Assembly (NCBI RefSeq): GCF_000011465.1
Contig: NC_005072.1
Location: 1,620,001 to 1,652,000, forward strand
Reading direction: 5' to 3'
DNA: 32,000 nucleotides
Origin: Prochlorococcus marinus subsp. pastoris str. CCMP1986
GTDB lineage: Bacteria; Cyanobacteriota; Cyanobacteriia; PCC-6307; Cyanobiaceae
Both the position numbers and the translations under genes were made by a program. Positions 1-10,421 of the stretch are shown here, piece after piece. Numbering within the stretch: position 1 is the stretch's first letter; the number at the start of each line of letters is the position of its first letter. Below the pieces are notes generated by a model. It was not told the DNA's origin. It saw only the letters and a list, made by a program, of their open reading frames with translations, and ran no database searches.

Positions 1-2
1 AT

Positions 3-104
3 ATTGTGGAATTATCTCCAGAAATTGACAATAGCGGAGTTAGTAGTATAGTTGCCGCAAAAGTACTGAGAAGCTTAATTATGTCAGTACAAAATATGCA
101 ATAA
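3..104 (+). CDS. speB: C-terminal fragment of probable agmatinase/arginase family protein (cut by window start)
   Basis: Open frame from the window edge reads IVELSPEIDNSGVSSIVAAKVLRSLIMSVQNMQ* and ends at TAA 102-104. It resembles the C-terminus of ureohydrolases, and position upstream of gcvT fits Prochlorococcus gene order. Confidence 0.5.
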   Translation: MVELSPEIDNSGVSSIVAAKVLRSLIMSVQNMQ

Positions 105-154
105 AAAATTTCTAAACTAAAGTATGAAAAGCTAAATAACTCATTAAATGTTTC

Positions 155-1267
155 ATGGATTTGCTTAAAAGTCCACTTTATTCAAAATATATTGAGTCAA
201 ATGCAAAATTAGTAAATTTTGCAGGTTGGGAAATGCCCATATCCTTTTCGGGATTAATAAACGAACATGAATCAGTAAGAACATCAGCAGGATTCTTTGA
301 TATTTCCCACATGGGTGTAATTTCTCTTAGAGGAATTAATCCAAAAGAATATATTCAAAAATTTTTTCCTACTAATTTATATTCCTTTTCAGAAGGACAA
401 GGGCTTTATACATTAATGCTGAATGAAAAGGGAGGAATAATAGATGACCTAATAATTTATGACCTTGGTCAACAAGAAGAGGATATCTCAGAAATTTTTT
501 TAATAGTAAATGCGAGCAGATACCAAACTGATTTCTCTTGGATTAAAAATAATTTAAATACCAATAATATTTCAATATCAAATGCTAAAAAAGATAAGGT
601 CCTCTTTGCACTACAAGGCAAAAATTCCTTTAAATTATTCGAAGAATGGATTAAATCATCGATTTCACATATCCCTTACTTTGGTTGTGAATATAAAATC
701 TTTAAACATATTTCGTCCAAAGAAAAGATTTTCTTTTCGAAAACGGGCTATACAGGTGAAAACGGTTTAGAAATCCTATTATCCGCAAAAGCAGCAATTA
801 ATTTATGGGATTTCTTAGTTTCAAAAAATATTAAGCCTTGTGGTTTAGGTGCTAGAGATACCTTAAGACTTGAAGCAGGAATGCACTTGTATGGACAAGA
901 TTTAAATGAAACAACTACACCATATGAAGCAGGATTAGGTTGGCTAGTACATTTAGAAAATAATCATGACTTTTTTGGAAGAGAGTTTCTTGAAAAACAA
1001 TCAAGATTTGGAATTAATAAAAAGTTAGTTGGTCTAAATATTGAAGGGAGAGCTATTGGAAGAAAAGGATGCGAAGTATTTAAAGATGGAGAAAATATTG
1101 GAACTATAACTAGCGGTAGTTGGTCCCCTACTAAGCAAAAGGCAATAGCTTTTGCTTATATTCAAAATTCTTACGCTACTTTAAATAATGTTGTTGAAAT
1201 TTTAATCAGAGGTAAAACATTCAAAGGGACCATAACGAAAAGAGCTTTTTATAAAAAAGATATTTAA
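155..1267 (+). CDS. gcvT: Aminomethyltransferase (glycine cleavage system T protein)
   Basis: 370 aa ORF with GcvT motifs ([54 protein letters not shown]). Confidence 0.96.
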
Positions 1268-1325
1268 CTAAATTTACCCTTGAAGAATTATTATTGTTAA
1301 TTATTGCTCAATAAGTAATTTCTAG

Positions 1326-3122
1326 ATGCGAAACAAAATTTGTGAAGAACTCAATAAGTCAGATATTGGGAAAGTAGTTAATTTATGTGGATGGGTTGAT
1401 CGAAGAAGGGATCATGGTGGAGTAATTTTTATAGATTTGCGTGATCATAGTGGATTTATGCAAATTACTATTAATCCTGAAGATGGTGAGACTCTTTTTA
1501 AACAGGCTGAGATTTTAAGAAATGAAACTGTGATAATGGTTAATGGAATTGTTAATGAAAGGCCAAAAGATTCGATAAATAAAAATATTCTCACTGGAGA
1601 GTTAGAACTAAAAGTTAAAGATCTACAAATTCTTAATCAAATAAAAAATAATTTACCATTTCCTATCTCAGTACATGATTATGAAAATACAAAAGAAGAG
1701 CTTAGACTAAAATATAGATATTTAGATCTTAGAAGAGGAAAATTACTCAAAAATTTAAAAACAAGGCATAAAATTATTAAAGCAGTAAGAGAATATCTTG
1801 ATAATTCTGGATTTACAGAGGTCGAAACACCATTACTGACAAAATCGACTCCAGAAGGAGCTAGAGATTTTTTAGTTCCAGCGAGACTTTCAAACGGTGA
1901 GTTTTTTGCTTTACCACAATCTCCACAATTATTTAAACAACTTTTAATGGTAGGAGGGTTAGACAAGTACTATCAAATCGCAAAATGTTTCCGTGATGAA
2001 GATCTAAGAGCTGATAGACAACCAGAATTTACTCAGCTTGATATTGAAATGAGTTTTATAAGTGAAGAAGAAATCATTTCTTTTAATGAAAAACTAATAA
2101 AAAATGTATGGAAAAATGTACTAAATATAAACTTCAATGAGGAGTTTCCAAGAATGACTTGGCAGGAGGCCATGGACAACTATGGAACAGACAGACCAGA
2201 TACAAGATATGAAATGTTACTTAAAAATTTAGGTGGGATACTCGGCAATATTGGTTTTAACATTTTCACTAAAGCAATTCAGAATGGGGGAGCAATAAAA
2301 TCCATAACTATTAAAGATGGAAACACAAGTATTAGTAACGTTCGAATCAAACCTGGAGGAGATATTTTTAAAGTTGCCCAAGATGCAGGAGCTGGAGGTT
2401 TAGCATTCATAAGAGTTAAAGGAGATGAACTTGAAACAATTGGAGCAATAAAAAATAATTTAAATAAAGATCATATCTCTACTATTTTAAAAATAACAGA
2501 AGCAAAAGATGGGGACTTAATTCTTTTAGGGGCTGGAAATACTCAAATTGTAAATCAATCATTAGATAGAGTCAGGCAATATATTGCAAAAGATTTAAAG
2601 CTAATAGAGAAGGATAAATGGAACTTTTTATGGGTCACAGATTTCCCTATGTTTGAAATGAATGAAGAAGAAAAAAGATTTGAAGCTTTACACCATCCGT
2701 TTTGTTCTCCTAAAAATATTAAGCTTGAAGATTCAAAAGAATTAAAAGAAAAAATAGAGAGCTCTACAGCACATGCTTATGACTTAGTACTAAATGGATT
2801 AGAGTTAGGTGGTGGCTCTCTGCGTATCCATCAAGCTGAAATGCAAAGAGAAGTTCTTAGAACAGTTGGATTAACAGATAATCAAATTAATGAAAAATTT
2901 GGTTTTTTAATTGAAGCTCTCGAAATGGGTGCTCCACCTCATGGGGGAATAGCATTTGGGGTAGATCGGATAACAATGCTTATTTTGGGGGAAGATTCAA
3001 TTAGGGAAACAATCGCTTTTCCAAAAAATCAACAAGCAAAATGTCTTCTTACAAATGCACCTTCAAATGTCTCCAAATCCCAATTAAAAGAATTAGATAT
3101 TGAAATAACAATTGATGAATAA
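1326..3122 (+). CDS. aspS: Aspartyl-tRNA synthetase
   Basis: 598 aa ORF with an OB-fold N-terminus ([26 protein letters not shown]) and class II motifs (RYRYLDLRR-like, [30 protein letters not shown]). Confidence 0.98.
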   Translation: MRNKICEELNKSDIGKVVNLCGWVDRRRDHGGVIFIDLRDHSGFMQITINPEDGETLFKQAEILRNETVIMVNGIVNERPKDSINKNILTGELELKVKDLQILNQIKNNLPFPISVHDYENTKEELRLKYRYLDLRRGKLLKNLKTRHKIIKAVREYLDNSGFTEVETPLLTKSTPEGARDFLVPARLSNGEFFALPQSPQLFKQLLMVGGLDKYYQIAKCFRDEDLRADRQPEFTQLDIEMSFISEEEIISFNEKLIKNVWKNVLNINFNEEFPRMTWQEAMDNYGTDRPDTRYEMLLKNLGGILGNIGFNIFTKAIQNGGAIKSITIKDGNTSISNVRIKPGGDIFKVAQDAGAGGLAFIRVKGDELETIGAIKNNLNKDHISTILKITEAKDGDLILLGAGNTQIVNQSLDRVRQYIAKDLKLIEKDKWNFLWVTDFPMFEMNEEEKRFEALHHPFCSPKNIKLEDSKELKEKIESSTAHAYDLVLNGLELGGGSLRIHQAEMQREVLRTVGLTDNQINEKFGFLIEALEMGAPPHGGIAFGVDRITMLILGEDSIRETIAFPKNQQAKCLLTNAPSNVSKSQLKELDIEITIDE

Positions 3123-3196
3123 ACTATTTATGGATGATCAATAAATTTTTTGTTTAAATAAAGTATAAGGAGGTTGTGCTTAATTAAAAATATTGC

Positions 3197-4807
3197 ATGT
3201 CAAAGTTTGTTTTTGTTACTGGAGGAGTCGTTTCTAGCATAGGTAAAGGTATTGTTGCCGCAAGCTTAGGAAGATTATTAAAATCAAGAGGGTATAGCGT
3301 TTCAATACTTAAACTAGATCCCTATCTAAATGTTGACCCAGGAACAATGAGCCCGTTTCAACATGGCGAAGTTTTCGTTACCGAAGATGGAGCTGAAACA
3401 GATTTAGATTTAGGTCACTATGAGAGATTTACTGACACTGCAATGACTCGTTTAAATAGTGTCACTACAGGATCCATCTACCAAGCAGTAATTAATAAAG
3501 AAAGAAGAGGGAGTTACAACGGAGGTACAGTTCAAGTTATTCCTCACATCACAAGAGAAATAAGAGAAAGGATTCATAGAGTAGCAGCTAACAGCAATGC
3601 TGATATCGTTATAACTGAGATTGGTGGAACAGTAGGAGATATTGAATCTCTACCCTTTTTAGAGGCTATAAGAGAATTTAAAAATGATGTTAATAAAAAT
3701 GATGTCGCTTATATTCACGTAACTTTACTTCCTTATATCAAAACATCTGGTGAGATAAAAACTAAACCTACTCAACATTCTGTAAAGGAGTTACGATCCA
3801 TTGGTATACAACCAGATTTACTTGTATGCAGAAGTGATAAAGAAATTAATGAAGGGCTAAAAAGAAAACTAAGTGGTTTCTGCGGAGTTAATCTTAATTG
3901 TGTAATTGAAGCATTAGATGCTGATAGTATTTATTCAGTTCCTCTTTCTTTAAAGAATGAAGGTTTATGTAAACAGACTTTAAATTGTCTAGAACTCGAA
4001 GATAAAGAATGTGATTTAGAGAATTGGGAAAAAATAATTCATAATCTTAGAAATCCTGGTAACCCTATAAAGGTTGCTTTAGTTGGAAAATATATAGAAC
4101 TTGGTGATGCATATCTTTCAGTAGTGGAGGCATTAAGGCATGCTTGTATTGAACAAAAAGCTTTATTAGATTTGTATTGGATAAGTGCTGAAATGATCGA
4201 AGAGAAATCAGCCGAAGAGTATTTAAATGATGTTGACGCAATTGTAGTTCCAGGAGGATTTGGAAATAGAGGAGTGAATGGAAAAATTGAAGCAATAAAA
4301 TTTGCAAGAGAAAAGAATATTCCTTTCCTAGGTTTATGTTTAGGTATGCAATGCGCAGTAATAGAATGGGCAAGAAATATAGCCCAATTACCTGATGCAT
4401 CTAGCTCAGAATTAAATCCAGATTCCGAAAACCCGGTTATTCATTTATTACCTGAACAAGAAGACATTGTTGATCTTGGAGGAACTATGAGATTAGGAGT
4501 TTATCCTTGTAGACTTCAAAAAAATACAACTGGTAAAGAGTTGTATAACGAAGATGTTATATATGAGAGACATCGACATAGATATGAATTTAATAATTAC
4601 TACAAACAAAGTTTTTTAGATTCTGGATACAAAATCAGTGGTACATCACCAGATGGAAGATTAGTAGAATTAATTGAATTAGTTGATCATCCATATTTTT
4701 TAGCATGTCAATACCATCCTGAATTCTTATCAAGGCCAGGGAAGCCACATCCATTATTTAAAGGGTTGATCAAAGCATCGCAGGAAAAATTAGAGCAATC
4801 AAATTAA
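3197..4807 (+). CDS. pyrG: CTP synthase
   Basis: 536 aa ORF starting [25 protein letters not shown]; C-terminal glutamine amidotransferase domain with [13 protein letters not shown] and QYHPEF. Confidence 0.98.
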   Translation: MSKFVFVTGGVVSSIGKGIVAASLGRLLKSRGYSVSILKLDPYLNVDPGTMSPFQHGEVFVTEDGAETDLDLGHYERFTDTAMTRLNSVTTGSIYQAVINKERRGSYNGGTVQVIPHITREIRERIHRVAANSNADIVITEIGGTVGDIESLPFLEAIREFKNDVNKNDVAYIHVTLLPYIKTSGEIKTKPTQHSVKELRSIGIQPDLLVCRSDKEINEGLKRKLSGFCGVNLNCVIEALDADSIYSVPLSLKNEGLCKQTLNCLELEDKECDLENWEKIIHNLRNPGNPIKVALVGKYIELGDAYLSVVEALRHACIEQKALLDLYWISAEMIEEKSAEEYLNDVDAIVVPGGFGNRGVNGKIEAIKFAREKNIPFLGLCLGMQCAVIEWARNIAQLPDASSSELNPDSENPVIHLLPEQEDIVDLGGTMRLGVYPCRLQKNTTGKELYNEDVIYERHRHRYEFNNYYKQSFLDSGYKISGTSPDGRLVELIELVDHPYFLACQYHPEFLSRPGKPHPLFKGLIKASQEKLEQSN

Positions 4808-4822
4808 TATTATTTATTTTTC

Positions 4823-5506
4823 TTGAATGCAATAATGACAAATTTCTTACCATTAGTAGAAAAATTTCATTCATTACAAGGAGAGGGTTTTCATACAGGC
4901 CAAAGTGCCTTCTTTATAAGACTAGCTGGATGTAGCGTTGGATGCTCATGGTGCGATACTAAACATTCTTGGGATAAAGAAAAATACCCTTTAATACCAA
5001 TCAAAAAAATCATTGATGAAATAAAAAAGGCTCGAAAAAAAGGGGCATCTTTTTTAGTTATCACTGGTGGTGAGCCTTTACATCATAATTTAGATAATTT
5101 GTGCCAAGCTATAAATAAAGAAACTTCTGAAAAGGATCAAAACCCAATCAAGATTCATATTGAAACAAGTGGCGTAAACAAAATGTCAGGTAATTACGAT
5201 TGGATTACTTTATCTCCAAAAAGACATTTACCCCCAAAAACTTATTTTTTAGAAAACTTTAATGAATTAAAAATAATTATCAATGATAAAAAAGATATTG
5301 ATTTTGCAATTGATATAAAGCAAGAAATAATGAACAAATATCAGAACCTATCATCAAAAGACAATTTTTATAAGTTAGATAAAAAATATTATGTACAGCC
5401 CGCTTGGGAAAACGCAAGAGGGTTTTCACTTACGATTGATTTTGTTAAAAATAATCCTGAATGGAACTTAAGTCTTCAGACACATAAATACTTAAAGATT
5501 AAATAA
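4823..5506 (+). CDS. queE: 7-carboxy-7-deazaguanine synthase (radical SAM)
   Basis: 227 aa ORF with SLQGEGFHTGQSAFFIRLAGCSVGCSWCDTKHSW (CxxxCxxC-type radical SAM cluster) and ITGGEPL. Confidence 0.92.
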   Translation: MNAIMTNFLPLVEKFHSLQGEGFHTGQSAFFIRLAGCSVGCSWCDTKHSWDKEKYPLIPIKKIIDEIKKARKKGASFLVITGGEPLHHNLDNLCQAINKETSEKDQNPIKIHIETSGVNKMSGNYDWITLSPKRHLPPKTYFLENFNELKIIINDKKDIDFAIDIKQEIMNKYQNLSSKDNFYKLDKKYYVQPAWENARGFSLTIDFVKNNPEWNLSLQTHKYLKIK

Positions 5507-5511
5507 TTTAT

Positions 5512-6186
5512 ATGGATTTAAAAAATAAATCTGCAGTAATTTTATTATCAGGAGGCTTAGATTCTTCAACTGTTACAGGCTTAGCAAAAGCGTCCAAAGC
5601 TAAAATATTTGGCTTATCTTTTGATTACGGACAAAGACATAAAAAAGAATTAGATTCCGCATTCACAATAGCCAATCACTTTGAAATAGAGGAATTCAAA
5701 ATAGTAAAGCTTGACTTATCTTTGTGGGGCGGGTCATCTCTTACAGATATAAAAAAAGATTTACCTATTGATGGCATACAGCAAAATACAATTCCAAACA
5801 CCTATGTGCCTGGAAGAAATACAATCTTTATTTCTGTTGCGTTAAGCTATGCTGAGGCAATAAATGCTGATTTAATAGGCCTAGGAGTTAATGCACTAGA
5901 TTATTCTGGTTATCCTGATTGCAGACCTGATTACATTAAAAAGTTTCAAGAACTAGCTAATCTTGCTAACAAACGTGGAAGAGAAGAAAATCCAATTAAA
6001 CTTTGGACACCTTTACTCGATCTAAATAAAGAAGATATTATTCAATTAGCTTTTGATAATAATGTTCCTTTAGAAAAAACATGGAGTTGTTATTCAGGAA
6101 ATTTAGAACCCTGTGGAAAATGTGATAGTTGCCGAATTAGACAAACAGCCTACAAAAAATGGCAAATAAAAAAGAATGAGAATTAA
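5512..6186 (+). CDS. queC: 7-cyano-7-deazaguanine (preQ0) synthase
   Basis: 224 aa ORF with the PP-loop SGGLDSSTVTGLA and C-terminal Zn-binding CYSGNLEPCGKCDSCRIR. Confidence 0.95.
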   Translation: MDLKNKSAVILLSGGLDSSTVTGLAKASKAKIFGLSFDYGQRHKKELDSAFTIANHFEIEEFKIVKLDLSLWGGSSLTDIKKDLPIDGIQQNTIPNTYVPGRNTIFISVALSYAEAINADLIGLGVNALDYSGYPDCRPDYIKKFQELANLANKRGREENPIKLWTPLLDLNKEDIIQLAFDNNVPLEKTWSCYSGNLEPCGKCDSCRIRQTAYKKWQIKKNEN

Positions 6187-7495
6187 GACAAAAAAATTAT
6201 CTAAGTGGCTTGATCCAGAATTGATAGCTAAACATTTTGCATTGAAATTTGGAGACCATGGATTGTCTTGGTTAGATAGTGATGGGAAAGATAATGGAGA
6301 ATGGTCTATTTTAGGAATTAACCCAAAGGAAATTATTTGCTCTAGAGATATCAATAATTTGAATATTGATAATAATCCATTTTTTAAATTAGAAAAAATT
6401 GATAGAGGATTTTGGATGGGCTGGTTAAACTTTGAGGCGGGCGCATATATCGAGCCAAAAAATCCATGGAAGAATAATGAAATATCGACTTTGTGGATTG
6501 CATCTTATGATCCAATTATTAAATTTAATCTAGTTTCTAATGAAATAATTCTTGAAGGAACTAGTTCTACTGAAATAAATAAATTTGAAAAAATAATTTT
6601 AAATATTAATGCTGAAAAAGAAAAAAATTCTATTAAAAATAATCTGAAATTTGATTTTTCAAAAATTAATTTAAAAGAAATAACCAACGAATTTGAAACA
6701 AATATTTTAAAAGTTAAGAAATTAATATCTATAGGAGATATTTTTCAAGCAAATCTAACAACTCAATGTGAGGTTGAAGCTTTAGAAACTTATAGTTCTT
6801 TAAACATATATTCTAAAATAAGAAGAAAATTGAAAGCTCCTTTTGGAGGAATAATAATAAATAATTCAAAGGGAATCAACGAATCAGTATTATCAACTTC
6901 ACCTGAAAGATTTTTGAAAATAGACAAAGAAGGATATGTCGAATCAAGACCTATCAAAGGCACAAGATCCAGACACCAAGATGAAACTCAAGATGCCTTA
7001 AATGCCATAGATTTGATAACAAATGAAAAAGATAGAGCTGAAAATATTATGATTGTTGACCTCTTAAGAAACGATTTAAGCAAAGTATGCGAAATAGGAA
7101 GTATTGAGGTTCCAGAAATATTAAAACTTGAGAGTTACTTGAAAGTACATCACCTTACATCAGTAATTAGAGGGAAACTAAAAAAGGATAAAAGCTGGGT
7201 TGACTTACTAATTGCTTGCTGGCCAGGAGGCTCAATAACTGGGGCTCCAAAATTACGTTCATGCCAAAGGCTATTTGAAATAGAAAAAAATGGAAGAGGA
7301 CCTTACTGTGGATCCTTCATAAAAGTTGACTGGAATGGAGAGTTTGATAGCAACATACTAATAAGATCATTTATAGTAAAAGGCAAAAAAATTAATATAT
7401 CTGCTGGTTGCGGAATAGTTAGTGATTCTGATCCTCAAAATGAAACAGAAGAACTAAAGTGGAAACTTTTGCCTTTAATAGATTCGTTAAAATGA
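6176..7495 (+). CDS. pabB: Aminodeoxychorismate synthase component I (para-aminobenzoate synthase)
   Basis: 439 aa chorismate-binding enzyme (FQANLT, SPERFL, RPIKGTRSR, GGSITGAPK, YCGSF). The PIKGT motif is the PabB-type version rather than the TrpE-type PIAGT. Overlaps the queC end by 11 nt. Confidence 0.88.
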   Translation: MRIKTKKLSKWLDPELIAKHFALKFGDHGLSWLDSDGKDNGEWSILGINPKEIICSRDINNLNIDNNPFFKLEKIDRGFWMGWLNFEAGAYIEPKNPWKNNEISTLWIASYDPIIKFNLVSNEIILEGTSSTEINKFEKIILNINAEKEKNSIKNNLKFDFSKINLKEITNEFETNILKVKKLISIGDIFQANLTTQCEVEALETYSSLNIYSKIRRKLKAPFGGIIINNSKGINESVLSTSPERFLKIDKEGYVESRPIKGTRSRHQDETQDALNAIDLITNEKDRAENIMIVDLLRNDLSKVCEIGSIEVPEILKLESYLKVHHLTSVIRGKLKKDKSWVDLLIACWPGGSITGAPKLRSCQRLFEIEKNGRGPYCGSFIKVDWNGEFDSNILIRSFIVKGKKINISAGCGIVSDSDPQNETEELKWKLLPLIDSLK

Positions 7496-8319
7496 AACAG
7501 AATATAGGTTGGCATAAAGATAAATGGCTAGATATTGAAAATATTTATATATCAGCAAATGATAGAGGTCTAAAGTTTGGAGATGGAATATTCGAAACTG
7601 TTTTGATAAAAAAGAATAATGCTGTTTTGCTAGACGAACATATTCAAAGACTAGAAAATAGCAATAGAGTTTTAAATATGAATTTGAATATTAATAAATC
7701 ACATTTAAAAAACATTATTAGTCTAGGTATTAAAAAATTATCTCTTAAAAACGAGCAATTAGGATCAATTAGAATTAACTACAGCAGAGGCTTGAATAAA
7801 GGCAGATCAATTAGAATTAATAAAGATCAACAGGAAGATTATAAAAATAATTTATGGATTGAATTTTATATTATAAAACCTAGTTTTTCTCCAATAAGTA
7901 CATTTATTAGTCAAACAGAAAAAAGAAATCAATATAGTTTAATTAATCAATGTAAAACTTTCTCATATAATCAATCAATACAAGCACTAATAGAAGCTAA
8001 TAAAAAATTGTTTGATGATTGTTTAATATTAAATACTGCTGATGAACTATGTTGTGGTAGTACTTTTAATATCTTACTGAAAAGAGATAATGTATGGATG
8101 ACACCAAGAAAAGAAAGTGGATGTCTTCAGGGAATCATGGTTAAAAAAGCTATAAAATTAAAAATAATTAAAGAAGAATTGATCTTACCTAAATTTTATA
8201 ATAATGATATTTTAATTGCAATTAATAGTTTATCTTGTAGGCAAATTAATAGAGTAAATGATATAGAATTTACAACAACTTTTGATCCAAAGTATTTCTG
8301 GGAATTGTTGTATAAGTAA
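7492..8319 (+). CDS. pabC: Class IV aminotransferase, probable 4-amino-4-deoxychorismate lyase
   Basis: Fold-type IV signature (SANDRGLKFGDGIFETVLI). The ORF track starts at 7459, but the in-frame ATG at 7492 overlaps the pabB stop as ATGA and is a more likely start. Confidence 0.8.
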   Translation: MKQNIGWHKDKWLDIENIYISANDRGLKFGDGIFETVLIKKNNAVLLDEHIQRLENSNRVLNMNLNINKSHLKNIISLGIKKLSLKNEQLGSIRINYSRGLNKGRSIRINKDQQEDYKNNLWIEFYIIKPSFSPISTFISQTEKRNQYSLINQCKTFSYNQSIQALIEANKKLFDDCLILNTADELCCGSTFNILLKRDNVWMTPRKESGCLQGIMVKKAIKLKIIKEELILPKFYNNDILIAINSLSCRQINRVNDIEFTTTFDPKYFWELLYK

Positions 8320-8321
8320 GA

Positions 8322-9113
8322 TTATTTCTTTTCTGGAAAAAAAGCATCAGATAGGTTATTTATATAGTTATTAACTTTAAACCCAACAATACTTCCGATA
8401 ACGATAATCGATGGTGAAGAGAAACCTTTGTTACTTATTGTCTCTGCCAAATTCTTTAATTCTGAAATTAAACATTTTTGATTATTTAAAGTTGCTTCTT
8501 GAATAACAGCACATTTAGTATTTTCATCCAAACCGCCTATTAGTAATTCTTTAACAATAAATCCTATATTTCTCATGCCCATATAAATTACTAAACCATC
8601 AGATGATTTAGCTAATAATCTCCAATTAACAGTCTTTTTATCTTTATTAATATCTTCATGTCCAGTGACAAAAGTTATAGAGCTTCCTGCTTCTCGATGA
8701 GTTAATGGGATCCCAAAATTTGAAGGAGCAGCTATTCCAGAAGTTATCCCAGGGACAATTTCAACTGAAATCCCATTTTTTTCTAAAAAAGATACTTCTT
8801 CACCACCTCGTGAAAAAACAAAAGGATCACCTCCTTTAAGCCTTACAACATTCTTTCCTTCTTTTGCTAATTTCACAATAAGTAAATTAGTATCAGCCTG
8901 AGGAACAGAACACAACCCAGCCCTTTTACCTACATTAAATATTTCAGTTTTCTTATTAGTCTCCTTTATGATTTGGGGAGAAACTAACGCATCATGGACC
9001 AAAGCATCACAACTTTTGATAAGTCGTAAGGCTTTTAAAGTTAGCAGCTCAGGGTCACCAGGACCTGCTCCAACTAAATAAACTATACCGGGCACATTAA
9101 TCTCCATTAACAA
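8322..9113 (-). CDS. cobA: Uroporphyrinogen-III C-methyltransferase
   Basis: 263 aa with SUMT motifs VYLVGAGPGDPELLTLKALRLI, VVRLKGGDPFVFSRGGEE, GIPLTHR. Convergent with pabC (2-nt gap). Confidence 0.93.
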   Translation of the reverse strand: MLMEINVPGIVYLVGAGPGDPELLTLKALRLIKSCDALVHDALVSPQIIKETNKKTEIFNVGKRAGLCSVPQADTNLLIVKLAKEGKNVVRLKGGDPFVFSRGGEEVSFLEKNGISVEIVPGITSGIAAPSNFGIPLTHREAGSSITFVTGHEDINKDKKTVNWRLLAKSSDGLVIYMGMRNIGFIVKELLIGGLDENTKCAVIQEATLNNQKCLISELKNLAETISNKGFSSPSIIVIGSIVGFKVNNYINNLSDAFFPEKK

Positions 9114-9152
9114 GTATGGTAGTAAAAGAAAATTGTATTGTAGATAAATATC

Positions 9153-10403
9153 GTGAAAAAAAGTTTATTCAAGCCAAGTAGAAAATTTACTTTATTCAGT
9201 GCTTTTGTAACTCTCCTAAATGATAGATTAAGCGAAAGTATTCTTTTGCCAATTTTACCTTCTTTTGTTTTACTCTTTGACTCAAAAGCTAGTACTTATG
9301 GTTTACTCTCTTGTACTTATCAATTAGCACAATTTACGGCTTCGCCTTTTATTGGGCTTATGAGCGATAGATATGGAAGAAGACCTGTAACTTTGTTTTG
9401 TATAACGGGCTCAATCATAGGAATATCAATATTATCATTTACAGTTTTATTTGATTGGTCAACTTCACTAGCGACTATCCCCTTATTTTTATTATTTATA
9501 GCAAGACTTATTGACGGTCTAAGTGGTGGAACTGCTGCAACAGCGACTACTATTCTTGCAGATATTTCTAGTCCTGAAAAAAGAGCAAAAACATTTGGAC
9601 TTATTGGAGTCGCATTTGGATTAAGTTTCTTCTTGGGTAATATATTTGTTGTTATTTTTGCTAAAAATACAAATAATAATTTCATTATTCCAGTAATAAT
9701 AGCTTCAATAATTCCAATTATTAACTTCATACTAGTATTCTTTTATTTACCAGAAACCAAGCCTCAAAACGAATTAAATAAATCAACTCAAATTTTAAAA
9801 AATCCTCTAAAACAATTATTTAAAGTATTTAAAGAAGAAAAAATTAGAAAATTATCTCTAGCTTTTTTTATATATTTCATAGCTTTTACTGGACTAACAA
9901 ATATTTTAATTTTTTTCCTTCAAGAGTCCCTGAATTGGACAACTAAGGCATCCAGTGGAACTCTTGTAGTTGTGGGGGTGATAGCAATTATTGTACAAGG
10001 TGGGCTAATTGGTCCTCTAGTAAAAAAATTTGGAGAAATGAGACTTACTTTAATTGGTTCAGGTTTTATTCTCTTAGCATGTTTTCTTTTGATAACTACC
10101 CCTCAAAAAAATGCGATAGTAAATATTTATTCTGCAGTTTCATTCTTAGCCGTGGGTGCGGGTTTAATTACACCTACATTAAGAGCATTAATATCAAAGA
10201 AATTAGATGGGGATAACCAGGGCTCTATATTAAGTAATTTGCAAGGTCTTCAAAGTCTTGGTGGGGTTTTAGGTATAGGAATGGCTGGAAAAGTTTATGA
10301 TGATTTTGGTCCAAAAGCACCATTTATTGCAGGATCAATTATTTTACTTTTTATGATTTACCTTATTGCTGAAGGAAAAAATAACAATATTTCTTATAAT
10401 TAA
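9153..10403 (+). CDS. Major facilitator superfamily transporter (TetA/multidrug-efflux-like)
   Basis: 416 aa, about 12 hydrophobic segments, MFS motif GLMSDRYGRRPV and LIDGLSGGTAATATTILADIS. Substrate cannot be inferred. Confidence 0.88.
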   Translation: MKKSLFKPSRKFTLFSAFVTLLNDRLSESILLPILPSFVLLFDSKASTYGLLSCTYQLAQFTASPFIGLMSDRYGRRPVTLFCITGSIIGISILSFTVLFDWSTSLATIPLFLLFIARLIDGLSGGTAATATTILADISSPEKRAKTFGLIGVAFGLSFFLGNIFVVIFAKNTNNNFIIPVIIASIIPIINFILVFFYLPETKPQNELNKSTQILKNPLKQLFKVFKEEKIRKLSLAFFIYFIAFTGLTNILIFFLQESLNWTTKASSGTLVVVGVIAIIVQGGLIGPLVKKFGEMRLTLIGSGFILLACFLLITTPQKNAIVNIYSAVSFLAVGAGLITPTLRALISKKLDGDNQGSILSNLQGLQSLGGVLGIGMAGKVYDDFGPKAPFIAGSIILLFMIYLIAEGKNNNISYN

Positions 10404-10421
10404 CAAAATATAATCCCTTTA

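Noticed and set aside
1679-1966. 95 aa minus-strand ORF inside aspS
   Set aside because: Fully antisense to a strongly supported housekeeping gene; no recognisable motif. Treated as a shadow ORF.
4065-4400. 111 aa minus-strand ORF inside pyrG
   Set aside because: Low-complexity Leu/Ile/Gln/His-rich translation typical of the antisense frame of a real gene.
4823-6186. queE-queC as part of a 7-deazaguanine DNA-modification (Dpd-like) or phage system
   Set aside because: No dpdA/dpdB, helicase or nuclease genes nearby; the context is core metabolism, so tRNA queuosine/preQ0 synthesis is the simpler explanation.
9320-9730. 136 aa minus-strand hydrophobic ORF inside the MFS transporter
   Set aside because: Hydrophobicity mirrors the transmembrane codons on the opposite strand; no independent evidence.
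9153-10403. MFS/TetA-like transporter as an acquired antibiotic-resistance or accessory element
   Set aside because: No flanking mobile-element signature, same AT-rich composition, and packed between core genes. TetA-like similarity alone does not imply resistance.
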